64,000 bases of DNA, taken from contig JAZKCZ010000002.1 of assembly GCA_040387835.1 (NCBI GenBank), positions 183,074 to 247,073 on the forward strand, written 5' to 3'. Numbering within the stretch: the stretch's first letter is position 1; every line of letters starts with the position of its first letter. A program made the translations under genes and the position numbers. The DNA comes from Myxococcota bacterium. Lineage in GTDB: Bacteria; Myxococcota; UBA727; JABDBI01. The notes under the pieces were generated by a model. The model was not told the DNA's origin, ran no database searches, and saw nothing but the letters and a program-made list of their open reading frames with translations. Below, piece by piece: positions 7,998 to 18,020 of the stretch.

Positions 7998-9026
7998 ATG
8001 CAAATACTAATGATTTCGATTGCGCTGATTCTAGGCCTATTGCTTGGGGCAGTGCTTTTTTATTTTTGGTTTCAAAACCTATCGGCCAAAGCGCTCTTGG
8101 CAAACAACCATTCGTTTATTGGGCTGGCTCAAACGGGCGTTTTATCTCCGCTTAAAGACTCGCTCGAAAGAATGAATGAGCATATCCGTGATTTGGAAAA
8201 AAGCCGTGAAGGTGCCTATCAAGCCTTGCATCATCAGGTGAGCTTGCTGAAGACAGAAACGGAAACTTTATCCAGAGCACTTCACTCACCCACGGCGCGT
8301 GGACGCTGGGGAGAGTTTCAGCTTAAGCGCGTGGTTGAGCTAGCCGGCATGATGTCTCATTGCGATTTCGAGGAGCAAGTTGTTAAGACGACCGACAACG
8401 ACACCATTCGCCCGGATCTGGTGGTTAAACTGCCCGGTAACAAATGTATCGTGGTTGACGCCAAGGTCCCGCTTTCCGCCTATTTACGCGCAGTGGAATC
8501 GGACGATAAAGTCCATCAACAAAATTGTTTTGACGAACATGCCGCGCAGCTCAAAAAACATATTCAGCAGCTTTCCAAAAAGGCCTACTGGAAGCATTTT
8601 GAGCCATCGCCTGAGTTTGTGGTCCTATTTTTGCCCGGTGAGATTTTCTTAACCACCGCCCTGGCACATCATGCCGATCTAATTGAATTCGCAGCAACTC
8701 AAAATGTTATCCTAGCCACGCCCATGACCCTGATCGCCATGCTCAGGGCTATTGCCTACGGTTGGCGACAAGAAGCTTCCAATGACAATGCCCAGCGCAT
8801 CGCCGCTAAAGCTAAAGAAGTCTGCGACCGGCTTGGCGTCTTGGTGGAACACTTCGAAAAGCTCGGAAAAAATCTTAAAAACTCAGTGGAAAGTTATAAT
8901 CAAGCGGTAGCAAGCTTCGAAACCCGGGTGCTGGTGAGCGCCCGTCAGATGACCGACTTGGGCGAATTCGAAGCCGGAAGTAACATCAAGACGCTAGAAC
9001 CGATTGAGAAAACACCACGATGCTAA
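7998..9026 (+). CDS. rmuC: DNA recombination protein RmuC
   Basis: N-terminal TM helix, coiled coil and RmuC C-terminal domain; start may be the Met at 8010. Confidence 0.85.
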   Translation: MQILMISIALILGLLLGAVLFYFWFQNLSAKALLANNHSFIGLAQTGVLSPLKDSLERMNEHIRDLEKSREGAYQALHHQVSLLKTETETLSRALHSPTARGRWGEFQLKRVVELAGMMSHCDFEEQVVKTTDNDTIRPDLVVKLPGNKCIVVDAKVPLSAYLRAVESDDKVHQQNCFDEHAAQLKKHIQQLSKKAYWKHFEPSPEFVVLFLPGEIFLTTALAHHADLIEFAATQNVILATPMTLIAMLRAIAYGWRQEASNDNAQRIAAKAKEVCDRLGVLVEHFEKLGKNLKNSVESYNQAVASFETRVLVSARQMTDLGEFEAGSNIKTLEPIEKTPRC

Positions 9027-9517
9027 CTTTGCTTCCTAGACCTTTTCGTCATCTTTTATTTGAAGAGCATGACAACCTAAACTCACTCGTTAATGAGATA
9101 TTCGAATCATTGGCCTTGCTCATGTCGAATTCCGAAAGCCTCGTCGCAGCCAAAAAAGCGATTTTAATGCTTGGTCCGACCCCACAAGAATATGATTTCA
9201 GACCGCTGGAAGATCTGCACCAAGATTTAGGACGTATCGGCCCCGGCTTTGCAGCGCTCTTAGAAAATTCATTGGAATCGGGTGATCTCTTTATTGAATC
9301 CCCTATTCAAATTGATGCCTACTCACCAGCGTTGCGCGAGCGGCTTAAGCCATTGCAGGAAGCGGCTGACAAACTCAGCCTTCTGGACCTCAATTACTCT
9401 GTCCAAGCAGCCCAGATTGTTCTAACGTGCCTCAAAACCTTATATCCCCAAGCTCAAATCGCTGATTGGCTGGCAGCTCGAGGATGTAGTGATGAGATCG
9501 TGAGGACATATCAGTGA
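9020..9517 (+). CDS. hypothetical protein
   Basis: 165-aa ORF translationally coupled to both rmuC and the E1 gene (overlaps at each end); no recognisable motif. Confidence 0.5.
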   Translation: MLTLLPRPFRHLLFEEHDNLNSLVNEIFESLALLMSNSESLVAAKKAILMLGPTPQEYDFRPLEDLHQDLGRIGPGFAALLENSLESGDLFIESPIQIDAYSPALRERLKPLQEAADKLSLLDLNYSVQAAQIVLTCLKTLYPQAQIADWLAARGCSDEIVRTYQ

Positions 9518-11499
9518 ATGAACGTTGGTACCGCCTAGCCTATACTGCAAGACAAATAGATGAACGTGCTGCACTTTACATCCGCCGAGGTATGGGTTGG
9601 TCATATCACGCACGATGCGCAGGGCACGAAGGCATTCAGATTGCCTTGGGCTTGGCATTTAGGCCCGACCAAGATTTCTTGTTCAGCTACTATCGCGATA
9701 CAGCAACCGTTCTAGCCGCAGGCATGACGCCATACGAGTTAATGCTCAATGGCCTATCTAAAAACGATGACACGGGCTCTGGCGGCAGGCACATGTCGAA
9801 TCATTTTGCGAAGCCTTCCATCGGGATTCAATCCGTTTCATCATGTACCGGTAATCATGCCTTGCATGCGGTCGGTGTTGCGCGAGGCATTGTTTACTAC
9901 GGAACTGGCGGCGTAGCGCTCTGTTCTCAAGGTGAATCTTCTACCTCCGAAGGCTATTGCTACGAAGCTTATAACGGCGCCTCAAGAGAGAAGCTGCCGG
10001 TCCTATTTGTTATCCAAAACAATGGCTACGGCATTTCGGTGCCTGTATCCGAGCAGACGGCTAACCCATGTGTCGTGGACAACTACACGGGCCTTAAAAA
10101 CATGCTCATCGTTCGCTGCGATGGGACCGACTTTGAAGATTCGCATAAGGCTGTGCAAGAAGCACTGGCCTATATCAAAAGTGGTAAAGGCCCCGCCATG
10201 GTTCACGCCCAATGTGTCCGCATGGGCGCGCATTCAAACTCCGATGCGCACGATCTGTACCGCCTTAAAACAGACATTGAAGACGCTCAAAAGAAAGACC
10301 CACTGATTAAACTTAGGGCGATGCTGAAACCCAAAGTTGCAGCCAAGATCGAAGAAGAAGTTGCTGCAGCGCTTGACCAAGCAGCTTTAGATGCTGAAGC
10401 CGCGCCAATACCAACGGCTGAATCGGTATTTGAGTTTGCGATGCCACCGGCATATGAGCCGGACCTCACCCTAAATCCCTCTCCAGCGACTGGAGAGGGA
10501 CTTGAAGCGGAGAAGCTTCGAGAGGCGATTACTCGGACGTTGCACGAAGAGTTTACTCATAATCCGGACACTTTTTTATGGGGTCAGGATGTTGCCTCCA
10601 AAGACAAGGGCGGAGTTTTTAACTTAACCAAAGGCATGCTGTCCAAGTTTGGACCCAAGCGCATTTATAACGGACCCATTGCTGAAGATTTTATCGTTGG
10701 CACCGCGAATGGATTATCACGCTTTAAGCCTGAAATTCGCATTGTGGTTGAAGCAGCGCAGTTTGCCGACTACGTATGGCCCGCGATGGAACAGATTGTC
10801 GAGATGAGCCACGAATACTGGCGCACCAAAGGCCAATTTGCACCAAACGTGGTGCTCAGACTGGCCTCCGGCGGCTATATCACTGGTGGTTTGTACCATT
10901 CACAAAACGTTGAAGCCATCATGAGCCATTTGCCCGGTGTTCGAGTGGTGTATCCAGCTTTTGCAGATGACGCAGCCGGTTTACTTAGAACCGCGCTCAG
11001 ATCCCAAGGCATGACCTTCTTTTTAGAACCGAAATATCTTTATAATCGCGCTGAAGCCAAAGGCCCTAACTTAGGCACAGAACATGCCATTCCCTTCGGC
11101 CAAGGCCGCGTCCGAAATCCTGGCAGCGATTTGAGCATCATCACTTACGGCAACACCGTTCATATGGCTCTGAACGTTGCCAAAGAGTTGGAAGCGCAAG
11201 GCCACAGCATCGAAGTATTCGATCTGCGTTCCATCAAGCCGCTGGATGTCGCTGGTATCGCAGAGACGGTAAAAAAGACCGGCCGTGCATTGATTGTCCA
11301 TGAGGACCACCGCTTCGGCGGCATCGCGGGCGAGATCACGTCGGTGATTAACGAAAACTGTTTCGAATATCTGGACGCGCCAGTACGGCGAGTCGCAGCA
11401 CTGGATATACCCATCGGTTTTTCTAAAGTGTTGGAAACAGCAACCCTGCCACAGCCTGCGCAAATTCAGCTGGCAGCTTTAGAGTTGCTTGCTTATTAA
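9514..11499 (+). CDS. TPP-dependent 2-oxoacid dehydrogenase E1 component, fused alpha-beta
   Basis: N-terminal E1-alpha-like domain and C-terminal E1-beta/transketolase-like domain in one 661-aa ORF. Confidence 0.9.
   Translation: MNERWYRLAYTARQIDERAALYIRRGMGWSYHARCAGHEGIQIALGLAFRPDQDFLFSYYRDTATVLAAGMTPYELMLNGLSKNDDTGSGGRHMSNHFAKPSIGIQSVSSCTGNHALHAVGVARGIVYYGTGGVALCSQGESSTSEGYCYEAYNGASREKLPVLFVIQNNGYGISVPVSEQTANPCVVDNYTGLKNMLIVRCDGTDFEDSHKAVQEALAYIKSGKGPAMVHAQCVRMGAHSNSDAHDLYRLKTDIEDAQKKDPLIKLRAMLKPKVAAKIEEEVAAALDQAALDAEAAPIPTAESVFEFAMPPAYEPDLTLNPSPATGEGLEAEKLREAITRTLHEEFTHNPDTFLWGQDVASKDKGGVFNLTKGMLSKFGPKRIYNGPIAEDFIVGTANGLSRFKPEIRIVVEAAQFADYVWPAMEQIVEMSHEYWRTKGQFAPNVVLRLASGGYITGGLYHSQNVEAIMSHLPGVRVVYPAFADDAAGLLRTALRSQGMTFFLEPKYLYNRAEAKGPNLGTEHAIPFGQGRVRNPGSDLSIITYGNTVHMALNVAKELEAQGHSIEVFDLRSIKPLDVAGIAETVKKTGRALIVHEDHRFGGIAGEITSVINENCFEYLDAPVRRVAALDIPIGFSKVLETATLPQPAQIQLAALELLAY
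10477..10499. repeat. 23-nt perfect palindrome ccctctccagcgactggagaggg, translated as SPATGEGL in the E1 alpha-beta linker
   Basis: Read directly; near-identical copy at 31622-31644. Confidence 0.8.
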
Positions 11500-11504
11500 G
11501 AAGT

Positions 11505-11822
11505 TTATTCGGTCTTAGAAGCGCCTTTCCATTTGGCCGAAGCAGCAGCAACCAAGCCGCTCAGCAATGGCATGACTTTCGTATAAGCAGCAAATACCAA
11601 ACCATCAATTTTATCAACGGCGGCAGCGTTGAAACTTTGCAACGTTGCACATTTTGCGGATGCGTAAGTATACGAAGCTGCGCCAAATGCCGCAACCATT
11701 GCATTGCCGATGCTCTGACAGTAAGTGCATTGTGGCTCAGGTGCTGATTGCTCGTCATGCGCAAAAGACATAGAAGCGACCATCATCATCACGGCTATTA
11801 ATTTCGAGATTAGTTTCATGTG
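11505..11822 (-). CDS. small secreted protein, unassigned
   Basis: Start at MKLISKL; signal peptide; CTYC motif. Confidence 0.45.
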   Translation of the reverse strand, partial: HMKLISKLIAVMMMVASMSFAHDEQSAPEPQCTYCQSIGNAMVAAFGAASYTYASAKCATLQSFNAAAVDKIDGLVFAAYTKVMPLLSGLVAAASAKWKGASKTE

Positions 11823-11878
11823 AACTCCCTGCTTATAAAACAAAAAGGAGCGAGAAACTAATCCGGAAAGCAACTCTC

Positions 11879-13114
11879 CTAATTACGAACGATTTCCGGC
11901 TGGCGCTTTTTCAGAATCGCTTCTTCATCAACAATCACTCCGGTGACATCTTTCTCGCTCGGAATGTTGTACATAACTTCAAGCATGGCAGCTTCAAGAA
12001 TGCTTCTCAGGCCCCGAGCACCTGTTTTCTTCTCTAGTGCTTGCTTGGCAGCCGTCTTCAAAGCTTCTTCGGTGAATTTTAACGCAACGCCATCTATTTC
12101 AAACAGCCTGGTGTATTGTTTCGTCAGCGCATTGCGTGGCTCAGTCAAAACGCGGATCAAAGTTTCTTCGGTGAGTTCTTCTAGAGTCGCTATGACCGGG
12201 AGCCGTCCCACAAACTCTGGAATCAGGCCATATTGCAGTAAATCGTCGGGCTGGACCTGCTTCAAATAGTCCGCGGGGCGCTGTTCACCTTTGGACATGA
12301 CCTTAGCGCCAAAACCGATGCCCTTTTGGCCAACGCGATTTTCGATAATCTTTTCGAGACCATCAAAAGCCCCACCGCAGATAAACAGGATTTGGGCGGT
12401 GTTAACTTTCAAAAACTCTTGCTGTGGATTTTTGCGGCCGCCGCGGGGAGGCACATTGCACAGGGTTCCTTCCATGAGCTTTAGCAACGCTTGCTGAACC
12501 CCTTCGCCGGAAACATCCCGGGTGATGCTCCGAGATTCGCTTTTTCGAATAATCTTATCGATTTCATCAATATAAACGATGCCGCGCTCAGCTTTAGAGA
12601 TATCCCCATCTGCAGCCTGAAGCAGATTGGCGATCATGGTTTCAACATCTTCACCCACGTAGCCGGCTTCCGTGAGGCTGGTGGCGTCTGCCATCGCAAA
12701 TGGCACTTTCAAGATGCGGGCTAAAGTCTGCACCAGCAAAGTTTTGCCACTGCCGGTAGGGCCAAGCAGTAAAATGTTGCTTTTGGACAGCTCAACATCC
12801 GTTGTATCGAGCGTGCTGATGATGCGTTTATAATGGTTATGAACGGCTACCGCTAAGACTTTTTTGGCACGTTCTTGACCAATGACATACTTGTCCAAAA
12901 TGTCTTTGATCTCAAAAGGCTTTAGCAACTGCTCTTCTTCGGCGTGTTCAGAACGCTTTTGAATTTCATCCGCTACAATATCATTGCACAGAGCGATGCA
13001 GTCTTCGCAAATATAAACATCTGGGCCAGCAACCAACTTTTTAATCTCTTTTTGCGATTTATTGCAAAAAGAACAAATTAAATCACCGCCATCATTACGC
13101 CCAACCAACATCAA
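11879..13114 (-). CDS. clpX: ATP-dependent Clp protease ATP-binding subunit ClpX
   Basis: N-terminal C4 zinc finger (CSFCNKSQ...CEDC); Walker [11 protein letters not shown]. Confidence 0.95.
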   Translation of the reverse strand: MMLVGRNDGGDLICSFCNKSQKEIKKLVAGPDVYICEDCIALCNDIVADEIQKRSEHAEEEQLLKPFEIKDILDKYVIGQERAKKVLAVAVHNHYKRIISTLDTTDVELSKSNILLLGPTGSGKTLLVQTLARILKVPFAMADATSLTEAGYVGEDVETMIANLLQAADGDISKAERGIVYIDEIDKIIRKSESRSITRDVSGEGVQQALLKLMEGTLCNVPPRGGRKNPQQEFLKVNTAQILFICGGAFDGLEKIIENRVGQKGIGFGAKVMSKGEQRPADYLKQVQPDDLLQYGLIPEFVGRLPVIATLEELTEETLIRVLTEPRNALTKQYTRLFEIDGVALKFTEEALKTAAKQALEKKTGARGLRSILEAAMLEVMYNIPSEKDVTGVIVDEEAILKKRQPEIVRN

Positions 13115-13704
13115 CCAACCTCATGCCGTGCAACGACTTTATCAACTAGACCGTAAGCAATGGCTTCTTCTGCACCTAAGAAGAAATCTCGGTCAGTATC
13201 GCGCTCAACTTGCTCAACTGGTTTTCCGGTGTGTCTGACTAAGATTTCGTTGATAAGCTTTTTAATTTTTAGGATTTCACGAGCCTGGATTTCGATATCC
13301 GTGGCCTGCCCTTGCGCACCGCCCAATGGTTGGTGAATCATCACCCGGGAATGAGGCAGAATGAAACGTTTGCCTTTGGCACCCGCGGCCAGCAAGACAG
13401 CGCCCATGGATGCAGATTGGCCCACGCAGATGGTAGATACGTCACATTTCACATATTGCATGGCATCATAGATAGCCAAGCCCGCTGATACCGAACCGCC
13501 TGGCGAGTTAACATATAAAGTAATGTCCCTGTTGGCGTCTTCACTTTCAAGAAATAGCAGCTGCGCCACCACGGAGTTCGCAATATGATCATCAATCGCG
13601 GTGCCCAAAAAGATAATGCGGTCTTTTAATAGGCGCGACCAAATATCATAGGCGCGTTCACCGCGAGGGGTTTGTTCGATAACGGTAGGTGGAAAATAAG
13701 TCAT
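13111..13704 (-). CDS. clpP: ATP-dependent Clp protease proteolytic subunit
   Basis: Ser-His-Asp catalytic context (GQSASMGA); 4-bp overlap with clpX. Confidence 0.95.
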   Translation of the reverse strand: MTYFPPTVIEQTPRGERAYDIWSRLLKDRIIFLGTAIDDHIANSVVAQLLFLESEDANRDITLYVNSPGGSVSAGLAIYDAMQYVKCDVSTICVGQSASMGAVLLAAGAKGKRFILPHSRVMIHQPLGGAQGQATDIEIQAREILKIKKLINEILVRHTGKPVEQVERDTDRDFFLGAEEAIAYGLVDKVVARHEVG

Positions 13705-14276
13705 TTGTCTTCTCCGTAAAATATTGGACGGCCGGTCGGGATTTCGAGTTCTGAAATTTTATCATCAGAAATCTGCTCTAATTCTTTTAGCAAAGCCCTG
13801 AGTGAGTTGCCATGGGCTACAATTAAAACAGTCTTACCCGCATTAAGCAATGGCTCTATGCTGGCTTTATAATAAGGTATTACCCTTTTATAGGTATCCT
13901 GCAAGCTCTCACCACCGGGCGGGCGAGTGGCATAACTTCTGCGCCATAGCCTAAATTGGTCAGCGCCATATTCCTTTTCGACTTCGGTTTTATTAAGACC
14001 CTGCAAATCACCATAATTTCTTTCGTTTAAAGCCGCATCTTGAATAATCGGACAATTTTCCTGAGCAGCCGCTTCCAGCGCTATGAGAGCCGTATCAAGT
14101 GCGCGTTTTAGATTTGAGCAAAACACCTGATCGATCTGAGTATCCCTAAGCTGCTTGCCGGCGGCGATTGCCTCTGAAACGCCCTGCTCACTTAAATCCA
14201 CGTCAACCCACCCCGTGAATCTGTTTTCTTGGTTCCAAGTGGATTGACCATGTCTGAGTAAGATAAGTCGTCTCAT
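13701..14276 (-). CDS. histidine phosphatase family protein, phosphoglycerate mutase-like
   Basis: [17 protein letters not shown] motif; shorter than canonical GpmA. Confidence 0.75.
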   Translation of the reverse strand: MRRLILLRHGQSTWNQENRFTGWVDVDLSEQGVSEAIAAGKQLRDTQIDQVFCSNLKRALDTALIALEAAAQENCPIIQDAALNERNYGDLQGLNKTEVEKEYGADQFRLWRRSYATRPPGGESLQDTYKRVIPYYKASIEPLLNAGKTVLIVAHGNSLRALLKELEQISDDKISELEIPTGRPIFYGEDK

Positions 14277-14313
14277 ATTGACTTTGATAGATGAGAAAGG
14301 CATAATCGACAAT

Positions 14314-14805
14314 ATGTCCCAAGGGCAGTTTACTCGTTCAACTCAAAGTTACGAAAAATATAAAGCAAACTTGAATGCGCTTTTCGATGGTAAAAAACGT
14401 CTTATCATTCCAGATAATGACGGCACGCCTATCGTCGCTGCGCCTAAAAGAGCGGTGGAAAAATCCAACCGACGCCTGTCGGGGACACCACTGTTTAGCT
14501 ATGAGATTTTTCTTGAAGCCATCAAAAGGTCTGTGACCCCTGACGAAGTCACGCGCACCATCGATGCGCTACTGGAATCGGGTCACCAAATTCCTCAAGA
14601 TGAAGATATCTTATCCAAGGCGTTAATTCATCGCGACGAATCAGTTGTCGTGACGATGCTTAATAAGCTCAGCGAACTACTCAGCAAGCAAAGTTCTAAA
14701 AATCCGCGTCTTTTGAAAACGCGGCTTGAAAACTTGCTTTTGATTTGCAGCTCGCCGGACATCAGAGGTCTGGTGCCGGCTTTGCAAAGCAAACTATCGT
14801 TTTAA
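14314..14805 (+). CDS. hypothetical protein
   Basis: ORF with no motif; start placed at the internal Met MSQGQF. Confidence 0.4.
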   Translation: MSQGQFTRSTQSYEKYKANLNALFDGKKRLIIPDNDGTPIVAAPKRAVEKSNRRLSGTPLFSYEIFLEAIKRSVTPDEVTRTIDALLESGHQIPQDEDILSKALIHRDESVVVTMLNKLSELLSKQSSKNPRLLKTRLENLLLICSSPDIRGLVPALQSKLSF

Positions 14806-16604
14806 AACGCCTCGTCTGACATGGCCATCAAACCTAAATCGCTTTTTTCGATGGCAGCTTTTGTCATGCCTAGATTCGGCAATGCCTCTTTACAAAAGAA
14901 TCTGACCGAGGCCAGTTTGCCTTCATAGAAGGCTTTGTCTTTGCCGGTAGCAGAAGCCATCTTTTGCGCAGCAACCTCGCCCTGCCAGATCATAAGCCAG
15001 CCCATCACCAGCTCGGCAATGCCAAAGAGAATGCGATTGCCTTGCAAACCTACGTGATACAGCGATTCACCCATCTTACCCATCATCAGGATTAAGACGC
15101 CTTCAGCATCGGTAACGGCTTGCTCCAAAAGCGCATACTCAGGCGCCAACACATCTTTGGCGGCTTTGTTCTTCAATGTATCCCGCATCTTTTCAAGCAG
15201 CACCTGAAGGGTAGCGGCACCGTTTTTAGCGATCTTTCTAAAGATCAAATCCAAAGCCTGGATGTGCGTTGTGCCTTCATAGAGCGAGTCAATTTTTTGG
15301 TCCCGAATATACTGTTCAATTGGATAGTCGGTCAGGTAGCCGGACCCGCCGTAGCACTGCAAAGACGTGCCCAGAATCTCATAGGCTTTGTCCGTATTGT
15401 AACCCTTTACCAACGGCAACAAGAAATCCAGCATGCGCTCATCTTCTTTAGAGCCAGACATCAAAGAAATATCCTGCATAAGTGCAGCGTATGAGCAAAG
15501 CGCACGCATGGCCTCCGCATAACTCTTTTGGAACATCAACATACGACGAACATCTGGGTGCCTAATAATTGGAACGCGCGGTGCGTTCTTGTCCATAGCA
15601 TTAGCCAAATCGGGCCCCTGCACACGTGATTGGCAATAATCCAGCGCATTCAAATAGGCGGTCGACAAAGTTGACATCGACTTAACGCCTACAGCCATCC
15701 GGGCTCGCTCGATAACTTTAAACATCTGTCTGATGCCGTCATGCACATTGCCCATCAAAAGACCACGGGCCGGCTTTTTTTCGCCGAAAGTCATCTCACA
15801 AGTTGCTGAGCCTTTAATACCCATCTTCTTTTCAATATTGGTACAATAGGCACCATTGCGCTCGCCCATCTTGCCGTTTTCATCAACCCAAAACTTAGGC
15901 ACAATAAACAGCGAAAGCCCTTTGGTCCCGCTTTCCGCCCCTTCTGGCCTGGCCAGCACTAAATGCAGAATGTTTTCGGCGGTATCGAAATCGCCATTGG
16001 TGATAAAGCGTTTGACGCCCTCAATCTCCCACTCATCGCCTTGAATATGTCGTGCTTTAGCACGGCCTGAGCCCACATCACTGCCGGCATCTGCTTCGGT
16101 GAGCACCATGGTGGCACCCCAGTGGCGATCCATGAAGTTTTTCTCGAAGCGCTTAATTTGCTCAGGTGTGCCCATACGCGTTACTAATTCAGCACCGCAA
16201 GCACCGAAAGTATACAGCGCTACCGGCGGATTCGCGCCGACTAGAAGTTCAAAAAATGCCCAGTAGGCTGCCTTTGGAAATTGAAACCCCCCTGCACTCT
16301 CAGGCGCATCAAAGCGATGCCAATCGCCTGCATAAAAGGCCTCGATGCTCTTTTTCATGCCTTCTGGCAAACTAACGTTACCCTCGGCATCTAGCTTAAG
16401 CGGAACTCTGTCGCCTTCTGCAAAACTTGTCGCAATTTTTTCCTGACAAACAGCATCAAAAGCTTGCAGTGTCTCCCTCACCATCGCTTCGTCTTGATCT
16501 TTATGGACGCCTTGTCCAAGGACTTTTTCCTGAACGCCCAACACTTCAAATAAATTGAAAAATATGTCCCGAAGGTTACTTTTGTAGTGGTTCGACATCG
16601 TCAT
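14802..16604 (-). CDS. long-chain acyl-CoA dehydrogenase (about 600-aa class)
   Basis: Acyl-CoA dehydrogenase N-terminal, middle and C-terminal domain signatures; 600 aa. Confidence 0.9.
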   Translation of the reverse strand: MTMSNHYKSNLRDIFFNLFEVLGVQEKVLGQGVHKDQDEAMVRETLQAFDAVCQEKIATSFAEGDRVPLKLDAEGNVSLPEGMKKSIEAFYAGDWHRFDAPESAGGFQFPKAAYWAFFELLVGANPPVALYTFGACGAELVTRMGTPEQIKRFEKNFMDRHWGATMVLTEADAGSDVGSGRAKARHIQGDEWEIEGVKRFITNGDFDTAENILHLVLARPEGAESGTKGLSLFIVPKFWVDENGKMGERNGAYCTNIEKKMGIKGSATCEMTFGEKKPARGLLMGNVHDGIRQMFKVIERARMAVGVKSMSTLSTAYLNALDYCQSRVQGPDLANAMDKNAPRVPIIRHPDVRRMLMFQKSYAEAMRALCSYAALMQDISLMSGSKEDERMLDFLLPLVKGYNTDKAYEILGTSLQCYGGSGYLTDYPIEQYIRDQKIDSLYEGTTHIQALDLIFRKIAKNGAATLQVLLEKMRDTLKNKAAKDVLAPEYALLEQAVTDAEGVLILMMGKMGESLYHVGLQGNRILFGIAELVMGWLMIWQGEVAAQKMASATGKDKAFYEGKLASVRFFCKEALPNLGMTKAAIEKSDLGLMAMSDEAF

Positions 16605-16662
16605 TTTGTCATTGCCTCTCTTTGAATAGAACTCCTAAAACGATTTTGGCTTAGAAACAAGT

Positions 16663-16695
16663 CTATTGACGGGGCCGTATCAATGCTGATAGGCG
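16663..16695 (+). promoter_or_regulatory. putative promoter of tRNA-Ser (CTATTGACGGGGCCGT motif)
   Basis: TTGACG at 16666-16671; TGATAG-like -10; the motif is shared with the tRNA-Leu upstream region. Confidence 0.4.
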
Positions 16696-16711
16696 AGAGG
16701 CTGGATTTTTT

Positions 16712-16801
16712 GGAGAGATGGCCGAGTGGCTGAAGGCGCGCCCCTGCTAAGGGCGTATACGGGAAACTGTATCGAGGGTTCGAATCCCTCTCTCTCCGCC
16801 A
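16712..16801 (+). tRNA. tRNA-Ser (anticodon GCU)
   Basis: Acceptor GGAGAGA/TCTCTCC, anticodon loop ctGCTaa, long variable arm, encoded CCA. Confidence 0.9.
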
Positions 16802-16825
16802 CCTAAAAACCCACCGTCACCAACT

Positions 16826-16858
16826 AAAAAAGCCAGCTTATATTAGCTGGCTTTTCGT
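16826..16858. terminator. rho-independent terminator, probably bidirectional
   Basis: agccagc-ttatatta-gctggct hairpin flanked by an A-run upstream and a T-run downstream. Confidence 0.6.
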
Positions 16859-16885
16859 ATTTATTTACTATTTATTTCTAGTCCA

Positions 16886-17008
16886 TTAGTGAGAACGCAC
16901 GCCACTACGGCTTAGTTCTGTCTTTTTGCGAATCGTCGGTGGCGTGACCGGGGAACCACGTTTATCTTTACTATCATGACGATTTTTCTTATTTTTACTG
17001 GTAACCAT
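16886..17008 (-). CDS. candidate 40-aa highly basic small protein
   Basis: ATG preceded by GGAGG at 5-nt spacing; MVTSKNKKNRHDSKDKRGSPVTPPTIRKKTELSRSGVRSH; not in the ORF track because it is under 60 aa. Confidence 0.35.
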   Translation of the reverse strand: MVTSKNKKNRHDSKDKRGSPVTPPTIRKKTELSRSGVRSH

Positions 17009-17201
17009 TTAAACCTCCATTTTAATTAACATTAAACATTACTCATCAAGGCCTGAATATTTCTTATAAGATTTACTTAAGCCACGACGTCATTCTATCA
17101 AGTATTTTATAGGTGTCAAATTTTTGCAGTGTCTCTTCTGAAGCACACCGCACCGGGCTTTACGGACTTCAGCAACTCATGCTAGATCTAAATAATTCAC
17201 C

Positions 17202-18020
17202 ATGGAAAAAATTAATTATGCCTTGATCGGTTTTGCCTGCGACGAGGGTGTACGCCGCAATAACGGGCGTGTAGGCGCAGCGAGTGGGCCCGACGCATTT
17301 CGTGAGGCTTTAACAAAAATTCAGGTCACCCATAATGACTATGGCAATATTTACTGTGCAGATCAGAATTTAGAAGACGCTCAATATCAACTGGGACGCC
17401 AAGTAACAGAAATACTACGCAACGACGAAACGCCAATCGTTATTGGCGGGGGACATGAAACCGCCTGGGGCACATTTCAAGGCATTTCGAATTACCTAGG
17501 TGATGCCAACAACTGCGGGATTATTAATTTTGACGCCCATTTTGACCTTCGCCCGTTGTTGGATGGGTGTTTGGGAACTTCCGGGACCCCGTTTACCCAG
17601 ATCGCTGCAGAACGAGCGCAAAAAAATTTAACTTTCGACTATCTCGTTTTAGGCATTCAACCCTATGGCAACGCTGACTTTCTATTTGAAGCGGCTGCAA
17701 AGTTGAATGTTGCATATGTGTTGGCTGAAAACTTATCGCAAGAGGCCTCCATTCAAATAGAGGCTTTCTTAGCCAAACATGAGCAAATCTATTTAAGCAT
17801 CTGTTTAGACGTTTTTGCGGAAGCATTTGCGCCTGGCGTGAGCGCGCCCCAAGCCCTCGGGCTTTTACCGCATGCCGTATTACCTCTACTGAAGCAGATT
17901 AGAGATAGTGGCAAAGTGATAGCGATAGACATTGTGGAACTTGCGCCGCCTTATGACCGTCAAAACACTACGGCAAAGCTTGCTGCTACTTTGGCCGCGT
18001 ATATAGCTCAACCTCGATAA
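17202..18020 (+). CDS. arginase-family ureohydrolase (formimidoylglutamase/HutG-like)
   Basis: GGGHETAWG and NFDAHFDL motifs. Confidence 0.7.
   Translation: MEKINYALIGFACDEGVRRNNGRVGAASGPDAFREALTKIQVTHNDYGNIYCADQNLEDAQYQLGRQVTEILRNDETPIVIGGGHETAWGTFQGISNYLGDANNCGIINFDAHFDLRPLLDGCLGTSGTPFTQIAAERAQKNLTFDYLVLGIQPYGNADFLFEAAAKLNVAYVLAENLSQEASIQIEAFLAKHEQIYLSICLDVFAEAFAPGVSAPQALGLLPHAVLPLLKQIRDSGKVIAIDIVELAPPYDRQNTTAKLAATLAAYIAQPR

Noticed and set aside
7831-16860. Integrase or genomic island attached to tRNA-Leu or tRNA-Ser
   Set aside because: Flanking genes are housekeeping (xseA, rmuC, acyl-CoA dehydrogenase, ureohydrolase). No integrase, no direct repeat of a tRNA 3' end, no mobility gene anywhere in the window.
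17138-17173. Inverted repeat ctgaag...cttcag in the ureohydrolase promoter region as an operator
   Set aside because: Only 6-nt arms separated by 24 nt; expected by chance in an intergenic region of this length.
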